Origin: a virus
Taxonomy: Duplodnaviria > Caudoviricetes
IMG/VR virus record: IMGVR_UViG_3300028293_000003
Coordinates: 1-32,619 of that record
Strand: one strand, 5' to 3'
Length of the DNA: 32,619 bases
The translations under genes and the position numbers were made by a program. This document shows positions 24,902 to 32,619 of this stretch, piece after piece. The notes under the pieces are model-generated. The model saw only the letters and a list, made by a program, of their open reading frames with translations. It was not told the DNA's origin and did no database searches. Position 1 is the first letter of the stretch; each line of letters opens with the position of its first letter.

Positions 24902-26423
24902 AGAAATGTTAGTAAGGGTATTAACGGAACTCCCTCTTTTTTCTAAAAACTTCTTAAAGATTCGAACAAAATCTGGGTCGATAGATAATTTTGTCTTTAA
25001 TAGAGCACAAGAATATATTCACTCATGTCTTGAGAAACAAAAAGAACAAACTGGGAAAGTGAGAGCGCTCATATTAAAAGGGCGCCAGCAAGGTTGTTCA
25101 ACTTATGTCCAAGCAAGAGACTTTCATATCGTATCAACAACAAAGGGAATGAAAGCATTTATTCTTACTCATGAAGCTGAAGCCACTAAAAACTTATTTG
25201 AGATGACTAAGCGTTATTACGATGAGCTTCCTAATGGCCTTGTTCCAGTTCCAGATACATCAAGCGCTAAAGAATTAAAATTTGATGCATTAAACAGTAG
25301 TTATTCTGTTGGAACAGCGGGAAATAAAAGTGTCGGTCGTTCACAAACTATACAAATATTTCATGGCTCAGAAGTTGCCTATTGGCCTCATGCAGAAGAG
25401 CATGCCAAAGGAATATTGCAAGCTGTTCCAAATGCTATCGGTACTGAAATAATTCTAGAATCAACAGCTAATGGTATCGGCAATTATTTTTATAACATGT
25501 GGGTCTCAGCTATTACGGGTAAGTCTGATTTTCAGGCGATATTTATTCCTTGGTACTGGCAGCCTGAATATAGTTGTTCGGTTCGCGATGATGAAACGCT
25601 TCACTTAACTGACGAAGAACAAGCGATCTATGATAATTACCAATCAAATGGATTAACAAAAGAACATCTTTACTGGCGACGTCATAAGATGTCTGAATTC
25701 GGAAAGGATTTTGAGACAGCTTTAGAGCTTTTCAATGTTGAATATCCAATGACAGCTTTGGATGCCTTTAGAAATCCTGTAGCCGATAGATTTATCAAGG
25801 CAGACATGGTTCAAAGAGCAAGGAAATTTAAAGTTACTTCTGAATCGCCACTTGTTATAGGCGTTGACCCTGCTATTTCTGACCATGATAGAACTGCAAT
25901 TATAAGGCGAAAAGGACGACTTGCTTACAACATTGAAACACACTTTAACTTAAATACAATGGAGCTTGTAGGTTTAATCAGGCGTATGATTGACAAAGAA
26001 CGCCCATCCAAAGTATGTATAGATTGTATAGGAATTGGCGCAGGAATTGTCGATAGATTGTTAGAAATTGGTTATGATATGGTAGAAGGCGTTAATGTGG
26101 CCCGTTCTGCTAATGACAAAGACAAATTTCGTAACTTAAGAGCAGAACTTTGGCATGATATGAGGGAATGGTTTACACAAGAATCGCCAGTCCAAGTTCC
26201 AGACTCTGATGAATTATTAGGCGATTTAACCTCTTTAGGTTATAAATATGACAGTTCAGCTAGGCTAGTTATCGAGTCAAAAGATGATTTAAGGAAACGA
26301 GGGATAAAATCTCCGGATACTGCTGATGCCTTAGCGCTCACATTTTATGTAGGAGAATATTATCAGCAAGGTGGATTTAAAGTTAATCGATTGCCTGATA
26401 AATCGGCTGGCATGTTTACATAA
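24894..26423 (+). CDS. terL: Terminase large subunit
   Basis: 'LILKGRQQGCST' Walker A-like, 'IFHGSEVAYW', 'ILESTANG', RNase H-like 'IGVDPA' and 'SPDTADALALT'. Confidence 0.95.
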   Translation: MSEEMLVRVLTELPLFSKNFLKIRTKSGSIDNFVFNRAQEYIHSCLEKQKEQTGKVRALILKGRQQGCSTYVQARDFHIVSTTKGMKAFILTHEAEATKNLFEMTKRYYDELPNGLVPVPDTSSAKELKFDALNSSYSVGTAGNKSVGRSQTIQIFHGSEVAYWPHAEEHAKGILQAVPNAIGTEIILESTANGIGNYFYNMWVSAITGKSDFQAIFIPWYWQPEYSCSVRDDETLHLTDEEQAIYDNYQSNGLTKEHLYWRRHKMSEFGKDFETALELFNVEYPMTALDAFRNPVADRFIKADMVQRARKFKVTSESPLVIGVDPAISDHDRTAIIRRKGRLAYNIETHFNLNTMELVGLIRRMIDKERPSKVCIDCIGIGAGIVDRLLEIGYDMVEGVNVARSANDKDKFRNLRAELWHDMREWFTQESPVQVPDSDELLGDLTSLGYKYDSSARLVIESKDDLRKRGIKSPDTADALALTFYVGEYYQQGGFKVNRLPDKSAGMFT

Positions 26424-26452
26424 ATAAGCGTCAATACGCTCCATTTCAAGGA

Positions 26453-28681
26453 ATGAATATGGCCAAGAAAGCAGAGAAAGTTGCACACAAAGCGCGTCTT
26501 GCGTGTGAAAAGTGGAGAGAATATTTTAAGTTCAATATCGACCAATATCATATGATGCATACTTTCGTTCTTGGCCAGCAGTGGACTGATGATGAAGAGG
26601 AAATGCTAAAGACATTTAGGAAGGTTCCTCTCGTTTCTAATAAATTAGCCACGATGGCTAATGCATTATGTGGTGAGCAGCAGCAAAATACTCCGCAATT
26701 GCAAGTGGTTCCAATGGATAACTGTGATGAAGAGACAGCGCATATCCGAGAGCTCATTGTCAAAGACATCATGTTCTCAACATCGGCTCATACTGTTTAT
26801 CAAGTAGCAGCATCCCAGGCTTTCATTGGCGGCTTTTCAGCTTTTTGTATTGATACAGATTATACCCATCAAAAAGCTTTTGAGCTTGATATTGTTTACC
26901 GTCATTTTAAAGATGCTTCTCGTTGCTATTGGGATGTCGGCGCAGAAAGGGTCAATAAAACTGACGGCATGCATTGCGGATATATTACTCGCATGACAAG
27001 AGAAAAGTTCCGTGAGATTTATGGTCGAGAATTAGAGGAAAAGATTTCTCGAACAATGTCTCCTGGCCAAACTCAAGAAGAAATTGCATTAGTGACTCAG
27101 CCTTCTGAAGGTGACGATCCATTTACGTGGGCAGACAATGAAGCGGTTACTATTCTAGACCATTTCGTGCGTAAATACGAAAAGGATATGCTTTATAAAC
27201 TATCTAATGGAAAAATAATAGACCAGAAAGAAATGGACGATCTTATTGAAGATTCCATGGAACGTAATAATGTTATGAATGAACAAATGTTTTCTGGGAT
27301 TGGTGATAATACAGAAGAAATTATGGAAGTTCATGAACAAACTGAAACGCCAGAAATGGAAGAAGAGGAAATAAAATCAGTAAAGGATATAGACCCTAAT
27401 TTTATTACTCTTTGGGATAATGACGAGATAGTCCGCATCGAAGAAAAAAGAGAAACCAAGAAACATAAAATCATGCATTATAAGATTGCCGGGGATTATA
27501 TTTTAGATGAAAGCGAATTTCCCTCTGAACAACTTCCAATGCCTTTTGTTGACCAGAATAGTTACTATGACAAGAATGGAAAGCAAATATGTCGATCCTT
27601 CTTTGGCGACTGTAAAGACACTCAACGCTATATTAACTACCTAAGAACGCAATCTGCATATATTCTTAAAATTAGCCGTTATGACCAATTTATCGGTTCA
27701 AAGAAAAACGTTCAAGGATTAGATACTCAAAGAAACTGGCAAGACCCAAATAATACTCAAGGTCTTTTGGCTTATGATGAATCTCCTAATGGCCATAAAC
27801 CAGAACAAATTAGGCCCCCTGAGTTGTCAGCTTCATTATTGACTCAGTATCAACTCGCAATCGAAGACCTTTATACATCCACAGGCCTATACCCAACTCG
27901 AATGGGCCAATCAGGCAATGAAGTTTCAGGTGCTGCGATCGATGCTAGAACTCGTCAAGGAAGTTATCCAACATTTGTTGCTTTTAACTCGGTTAATAGA
28001 GCTATCGCAACCGGGGGCGAGATTGTTAATGAAATGATTCCTCGTGTATATGACTCTGAAAGGGTTATTGCACTAATGACACCTGATGAAGGATTGAAAA
28101 ATATTACTATCAATAAACAAGCCGATGAATATGGTGAAGTTATAGAAAATGATATTCGTAAAGGCACCTATGAAGTTAGGCTTAAACCAGGGCCAAGTTA
28201 TGAAGGTCAAAAACAAGAAGCACTTCAATCTCTTCAACAGATTCTTCAAGCTTCACCACAAGCATTTGGATTGATTGCAGACCTGTATGCAGAAAATCTT
28301 CCTTTAATGAACACCATTGAAATCAAAAATAGATTGAAGACTTTAGTGCCGCCACAAATTGTACAAGCTGGTAAAACTGGAAAAATGCCTGAACAATCAG
28401 GTCAGCAATCACCAGAACAACAAATGGCAATACAAGAATCTAATATCAAACAAATGGAGGTGCAATTAAAAGCAAAAGAGATTGAATTAAAAGAGCAAGA
28501 AATTCTTATGGAAGCGCAATTTAAATTGCAAGAATTGCAAACCCAAAAAATGGAAGCAGCAGCTCAGTTGCAGGAGCAGGAACTGAGATATGCAGCAGAA
28601 ACCCAAAGGACTCAGAGTGATAGTCAAATCGCTCACGCAGATAATTTGGTTAAAATTTTGACACATAGGATTCAACAATAA
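26453..28681 (+). CDS. Portal protein, P22-like
   Basis: 'FVLGQQW...RKVPLVSNKL', 'KDTQRYINY', 'SGAAIDAR', 'YEVRLKPGPSY'; C-terminal Gln-rich coiled-coil barrel; 742 aa. Confidence 0.93.
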   Translation: MNMAKKAEKVAHKARLACEKWREYFKFNIDQYHMMHTFVLGQQWTDDEEEMLKTFRKVPLVSNKLATMANALCGEQQQNTPQLQVVPMDNCDEETAHIRELIVKDIMFSTSAHTVYQVAASQAFIGGFSAFCIDTDYTHQKAFELDIVYRHFKDASRCYWDVGAERVNKTDGMHCGYITRMTREKFREIYGRELEEKISRTMSPGQTQEEIALVTQPSEGDDPFTWADNEAVTILDHFVRKYEKDMLYKLSNGKIIDQKEMDDLIEDSMERNNVMNEQMFSGIGDNTEEIMEVHEQTETPEMEEEEIKSVKDIDPNFITLWDNDEIVRIEEKRETKKHKIMHYKIAGDYILDESEFPSEQLPMPFVDQNSYYDKNGKQICRSFFGDCKDTQRYINYLRTQSAYILKISRYDQFIGSKKNVQGLDTQRNWQDPNNTQGLLAYDESPNGHKPEQIRPPELSASLLTQYQLAIEDLYTSTGLYPTRMGQSGNEVSGAAIDARTRQGSYPTFVAFNSVNRAIATGGEIVNEMIPRVYDSERVIALMTPDEGLKNITINKQADEYGEVIENDIRKGTYEVRLKPGPSYEGQKQEALQSLQQILQASPQAFGLIADLYAENLPLMNTIEIKNRLKTLVPPQIVQAGKTGKMPEQSGQQSPEQQMAIQESNIKQMEVQLKAKEIELKEQEILMEAQFKLQELQTQKMEAAAQLQEQELRYAAETQRTQSDSQIAHADNLVKILTHRIQQ

Positions 28682-28693
28682 GAGAGGGATTAG

Positions 28694-29605
28694 ATGGCTA
28701 CAGAAACAAGTAACATTGATGATATGTTGATGTCAGGAAAAAATTCTACGCAACCGGAAGCTCCTGAGCATCAATATAAAGAACATGTGGAAGTTGAGGA
28801 ATCTCAGGATTTTAGTTATGAAGATTCAAATAATTTAGAAACAGAACCGCTTAAAAATGATTCGCATTCTGAATATGATTCACCCGAAGAAGTTCAAGAA
28901 CATGAAGAGGCAGAAAGGGATTTAGATGAATATGGAAATGACAAACCTAAGCCTCGCATGTACACAGAAGAAGAAAAAAATGAAGCGATACGTAATGCCA
29001 TTCAACGTCGTTTCAAAGAAGATAGACAGCCTCAGCCTTCCCAACAACAAATCCAACAAGCACAACAAAACTTTGAATACGATCCAAATTCAGAAGGAAA
29101 TTGGCAGCAACAATTAAAGAGTTATATCAAAGAGACCTTTAATGAAATTCAAAGAGATGATGTTGTCCGTGCTCAGCATTACAAAGAAGTTCAAGCCAAT
29201 CAAGAATTCCAGGATAAATTTACAAATGGCATGGATAGATTTTCAGACTTTAAAGAAGTCGTTGGAAGTCAACCTATTACTGACCCTATGACTTATGCGC
29301 TACGTGGAATTAAAGACCCAGCTGCTTTCATTTATTCAGCAAGCAAACGACATTCACAAGAACTTGAAAGAATATCAAAAATTCCTGATGGTTATGCTCA
29401 AATGGTTGAGATGGGAAAACTTGAAGAGCGCATGAGAAAGACATCTCAAGCTACTAAAGCGCCTAGACCTGTTCAGCGAACGAGAGAAGATACAGGAATG
29501 CCGGAGCCAAAGAAAAAGCAAGATGGAGACTCTATCGAAGACTTAATAGCAAGAGCTGATCAAAAGCGTCGTGCACAACTTACACAGCGACGAGGAAGGG
29601 GATAA
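28694..29605 (+). CDS. Scaffolding protein
   Basis: Acidic, helical, basic C-terminus; between portal and coat. Confidence 0.8.
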   Translation: MATETSNIDDMLMSGKNSTQPEAPEHQYKEHVEVEESQDFSYEDSNNLETEPLKNDSHSEYDSPEEVQEHEEAERDLDEYGNDKPKPRMYTEEEKNEAIRNAIQRRFKEDRQPQPSQQQIQQAQQNFEYDPNSEGNWQQQLKSYIKETFNEIQRDDVVRAQHYKEVQANQEFQDKFTNGMDRFSDFKEVVGSQPITDPMTYALRGIKDPAAFIYSASKRHSQELERISKIPDGYAQMVEMGKLEERMRKTSQATKAPRPVQRTREDTGMPEPKKKQDGDSIEDLIARADQKRRAQLTQRRGRG

Positions 29606-29775
29606 TGTTTGTCGATTTCGATGAAGAAAAGAAAAAAAGAAGAGATAGACCAAGGAAAAGAAGGGAGGGCTATTTTTGCCCTCATCCAGAAGAGTCACCT
29701 TTTTATGATGATATAGAGAACCCATACGAAAAGCTCGATCATTGGCAAAAAAGATTAAATCCAGATTATATTTGA
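29605..29775 (+). CDS. 56-aa Arg/Lys-rich protein MFVDFDEEKKKRRDRPRKRREGYFCPHPEESPFYDDIENPYEKLDHWQKRLNPDYI (not in ORF track)
   Basis: TAATG coupling to the scaffold gene; purine-rich SD. Confidence 0.65.
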   Translation: MFVDFDEEKKKRRDRPRKRREGYFCPHPEESPFYDDIENPYEKLDHWQKRLNPDYI

Positions 29776-29934
29776 CAATCGATAAATCTTTGTTCTAACA
29801 TTCAACTAGATGCGTAAGGGATTCCATCACCCAAATTACAAAGACGTGTAATTATTGTCGACCGTCGGACAAATGAGAAGCAAAGGCGCTCAGTACGAGC
29901 AATTTTTCTATTTATTTGTTCAGGGAGAACAATA
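29772..29934 (+). promoter_or_regulatory. Coat-gene promoter TTGACA-18-TAACAT and multi-hairpin 5' leader
   Basis: Stems at 29834-29853, 29855-29872, 29888-29900 and 29916-29932 (the last holds the SD). Confidence 0.55.
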
Positions 29935-31182
29935 ATGGCTAACGTTTTTCGCGAGACCCAGTACGTCCTTGACGACGTATTCGTCCGATTCTGGAACTCA
30001 CTAGCATTTGCTAGAACATCAAACCGTAACCTTGAAGGCGACTTTAAGAACTTACGATTCGCTACTGGTCAAACAATTGATTACCGTTTAGAAGAAAGAT
30101 ATCTTGCTGGTGAAGGTGCTACAGCTACTGCTGAAGCTCGAGTCCAGGTAATTCGACCTCTTTCAATTACTAAACAATTCCGTACCATGATTGAATACAC
30201 AGGCTTCAACCTTACATTCGACCGTGCTCGGGATGAACCCTATCTTGAAATGGCAAATGCTCCACGAGCTAAGCGTTTAGCTAACTTAGTGGAAAATTTC
30301 ATTGCAAGAGAAAACTTCTGGCCACAGACTTATCAAGCGGTTGGTACGCCAGGTGTTCCTGTAGACTTCAACACTATTCTTACTGCTGATGCCTACATGA
30401 CTGAATTAGCAATTCCTGAAGACGGTAAGCGTTATGCTGCTGTACCACCACGAGTTGCTGCTAACCTTTCAAATGACCTGTTTGCTGTATTTAACAACAC
30501 TGTAAACACTGGTGCTTTAATTGATGGATTTATCGGTCATTTATCTGGCTTTGACTTCTTTAAAACTAACTTCTTGGGACGTCAAGTTGCTGGTGCTGGA
30601 CAAGCTGGCGGTTCTCCACCTGCTGGTTTCTTACTCGCTGGTACTGTTACTAACGGTCCTATTGTAAGTGGCAATACAATTTCTGTAACTGGTCTTGGAC
30701 AAGCTCCTGGAACAGTTGTATTTAACGAAGGCGATATCATTGAAGTTGATGATTCAGCTGGTGTGTTTATGGTTAACCCATTGACATATGAGCCTTTATC
30801 TCAACGAGCTCAGTTCGTAGTTACCGCAACTGTTATTTCTGCAAACGGTTCTACCGCTGACATTCCTGTTAACCCAACTATCGTTATTGATGGTGCTCGA
30901 CAAAACATTTCTGCTGCTATTCCTAACGGTGCTCAAATGTTACTTCGTGCAAGTCATAATGTTAGCTTGGCTTATCATACTCAAGCAGTTGTGTTCGCTG
31001 CGCCTCCTATCAAGGAACTGAGAGGTGGTGTTGAAGCGGTTACTCGATACAGTGACTTGTATAAGTTAGCAATGACTTATTCACTTGGTGCTGATATCCG
31101 TAACTACGAACAGTTAGACCGTATTGACGTTATCTGCGGTGTGGCTATTAACCCTGAGTTTGCTGTTCGTATATGTTCATAA
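29935..31182 (+). CDS. Major capsid protein, P22 gp5-like
   Basis: 'MANVF', 'GQTIDYR', 'IGHLSGFDFF', insertion domain with 'FNEGDII', 'LAYHTQAVVFA', 'RIDVICGVAINPEFAVR'; strong codon bias. Confidence 0.95.
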   Translation: MANVFRETQYVLDDVFVRFWNSLAFARTSNRNLEGDFKNLRFATGQTIDYRLEERYLAGEGATATAEARVQVIRPLSITKQFRTMIEYTGFNLTFDRARDEPYLEMANAPRAKRLANLVENFIARENFWPQTYQAVGTPGVPVDFNTILTADAYMTELAIPEDGKRYAAVPPRVAANLSNDLFAVFNNTVNTGALIDGFIGHLSGFDFFKTNFLGRQVAGAGQAGGSPPAGFLLAGTVTNGPIVSGNTISVTGLGQAPGTVVFNEGDIIEVDDSAGVFMVNPLTYEPLSQRAQFVVTATVISANGSTADIPVNPTIVIDGARQNISAAIPNGAQMLLRASHNVSLAYHTQAVVFAAPPIKELRGGVEAVTRYSDLYKLAMTYSLGADIRNYEQLDRIDVICGVAINPEFAVRICS

Positions 31183-31185
31183 GCT

Positions 31186-31216
31186 ATTCTGGAGCCTCTT
31201 TATGGGGCTCCAGAAT
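31186..31216 (+). terminator. Stable hairpin after the coat gene (leaky terminator or mRNA stabiliser)
   Basis: ATTCTGGAGCC...GGCTCCAGAAT; poor U-tract. Confidence 0.65.
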
Positions 31217-31230
31217 TATAAGGAGGAGCG

Positions 31231-31464
31231 ATGCAAGGGACGCAAGTTAATTATTTAGGACGCTCCATTGCCAAGGAAGGTTTTCGAGCTTTTATATATA
31301 GCGCAAATGGTCAAACAAAGCTTGTAGAAAGCTGGGAGCAATTCGAAAACTATATGGCTTCTGGAATTTGGTTTGCGAGTAAAGAAGAGATAGTAGAACA
31401 GAAAGTTGAAGAAGTAGATGGGATTGCCGAAAGTAAACAGGTTTACAAAAAAAGAGGTAAATAA
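31231..31464 (+). CDS. Hypothetical protein after the coat gene
   Basis: AAGGAGG SD; coupled to the adaptor gene. Confidence 0.7.
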   Translation: MQGTQVNYLGRSIAKEGFRAFIYSANGQTKLVESWEQFENYMASGIWFASKEEIVEQKVEEVDGIAESKQVYKKRGK

Positions 31465-32405
31465 TGCCCTATACGGTTCGAGACTTTTGCTTTCAGAGTT
31501 TCCGTCTAATCAGCGCTCAAAATCCTACAGTGCCTTTACATGGTGACGATCAGAATCTTTGTATATTAGTTTTGAACCAATTGCTCGATTATTATTCTAG
31601 CAATGGTTTAATGCTTACGATTGCAAAGACTGTCAGTGTTGATGTGAATTTAGGTCAAAGTTTCGTTTACTTTACACCACAAGATTATCCAACAAGTACA
31701 ACTCTAACTGAGATTGTTACTTTATCTAATGGTTCGCCAACATTTAATGTAGTAAATGGTTCAATATACTTTGCAGGAGATTCGGTTTCAGGGAATGGAA
31801 TTCCTGTTGGAACGATTATCACGAACGTATTTGGTAATACCATTACAATTAGCAATGATGCAACACTTAGTGGGACATCAAATTTAACTTTTATTCACGA
31901 TCAAACTGACCCTACGGTTGCATATATTAAACAAGGAAGACTTGCCAATTTAGATAGCGCTTGGCTTGAATTATCTGGTGTTACTTATCCATTAATATAT
32001 AAAAGCCGTGATGAATTCTTATCAGCATGGAAATATGAGCCTCTTAAGGGCCTTCCAAGGTTCATTATTTTATTTCCAGATACTGAGATTGTAACTGCAC
32101 AATTATATCCTGCACCTAGCCAATTCTTTAAATTTTTTGCTAGGGCTAAATTTCAGCTCACCCAATTAACGGCAAATGATGATTTAAGCAGTCTTCCTCA
32201 GTATTACCAAAGATTCTTTTTATTCGCTGTCGCTAAAGATGTTTCTTTATACACTGGTCGAGCTGAAGCATGGACTTCAAGACTTGAAGAACAATATAGA
32301 GAAGCTAAAGATGTCATGGAATCCGCAAGCGAAGTTAATCTTTCAATAACTGGCGATGAGCAATCATTACTTAATGGCGCATGGCGCGTCAGGGCAGGTA
32401 TCTAG
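31464..32405 (+). CDS. Head-tail adaptor, P22 gp4-like, with inserted beta domain
   Basis: Helical N-terminus 'TVRDFCFQSFRLI...LVLNQLLDYY', 'LYPAP', 'LPQYYQRFFLFAVA'; lies between coat and hub genes. Confidence 0.8.
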   Translation: MPYTVRDFCFQSFRLISAQNPTVPLHGDDQNLCILVLNQLLDYYSSNGLMLTIAKTVSVDVNLGQSFVYFTPQDYPTSTTLTEIVTLSNGSPTFNVVNGSIYFAGDSVSGNGIPVGTIITNVFGNTITISNDATLSGTSNLTFIHDQTDPTVAYIKQGRLANLDSAWLELSGVTYPLIYKSRDEFLSAWKYEPLKGLPRFIILFPDTEIVTAQLYPAPSQFFKFFARAKFQLTQLTANDDLSSLPQYYQRFFLFAVAKDVSLYTGRAEAWTSRLEEQYREAKDVMESASEVNLSITGDEQSLLNGAWRVRAGI

Positions 32406-32619
32406 TGCCAATTGAGCCATTGCCAATATTCACTTATTACGATAAACAAAGATTTACGCAATTTGGATCGATGGATTCTGCAAACTGGTATGGTATAGCC
32501 GTTGAATCTGGCAAAAAAAAGCAAGCTTTATATCCTGCTATGGGCAGAAAGCATGTAAGTCTACTCAATGAGGTTAAGCTCGTCTTTGATTCAGAGCCAA
32601 GAGCGGTATTTAAGACCAT
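32405..32619 (+). CDS. 5' part of the gp10-like hub gene (MPIEPLPIFTYYDKQRFTQFGSMDSANWYGIAVESGKKKQALYPAMGRKH...)
   Basis: GTG overlaps the adaptor TAG and adds 45 aa before the Met at window position 48. Confidence 0.85.
   Translation, partial: MPIEPLPIFTYYDKQRFTQFGSMDSANWYGIAVESGKKKQALYPAMGRKHVSLLNEVKLVFDSEPRAVFKT
32493..32619. repeat. Terminal overlap, copy of 1-127
   Basis: Exact identity. Confidence 0.97.

Noticed and set aside
1-32619. Stop-codon reassignment, tRNA genes, introns or inteins
   Set aside because: Core genes are full length in the standard code and all three stop codons end genes; no cloverleaf or intein motifs were noticed by eye.

Overview
This window is a complete, circularly assembled genome of a short-tailed (P22-like, podovirus) dsDNA phage. 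Bases 1-127 repeat exactly at 32493-32619, so the unit genome is 32,492 bp, and the tail-hub gene reads in frame across the join. It is AT-rich by eye (GC not computed). A long rightward late unit runs from about 23371 across the join to 15654. It holds a ParB-like gene, terS, terL, P22-type portal, scaffold, P22-type coat, gp4-like adaptor, gp10-like hub, three probable ejection proteins, several fibre/receptor-binding and decoration proteins, a set of tiny basic proteins, an HNH nuclease, a T4-type lysozyme and a VRR-NUC nuclease. A leftward early unit encodes a PD-(D/E)XK exonuclease, Bet/RecT, DUF551, a RadD-like helicase and small Cys-rich proteins. A rightward early unit encodes a Cro-like HTH protein, a replication initiator with internal iterons and a cold-shock protein. 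I see no integrase, CI-type repressor, holin or spanin. The most interesting signal is a non-coding/small-ORF control layer missed by the ORF track. (i) Three predicted antisense small RNAs lie in consecutive intergenic gaps of the early-right operon, each with its own leftward promoter; two have stems that pair better on the minus strand, one is a possible kissing-loop RNA and one covers the rep leader. (ii) A recurring TACAA-N3-TTGTA operator overlaps four promoters. (iii) A 17-aa hydrophobic peptide sits in the P22 sieA position. (iv) A promoter-inside-hairpin switch precedes the HNH gene. (v) A structured coat-gene leader lies next to an Arg-rich 56-aa ORF, and CsrA-like GGA hairpins occur at several late genes. 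A Legionellales-type gammaproteobacterial host is a tentative, unverified inference. All functional calls come from motif recognition and gene order; no searches were run.
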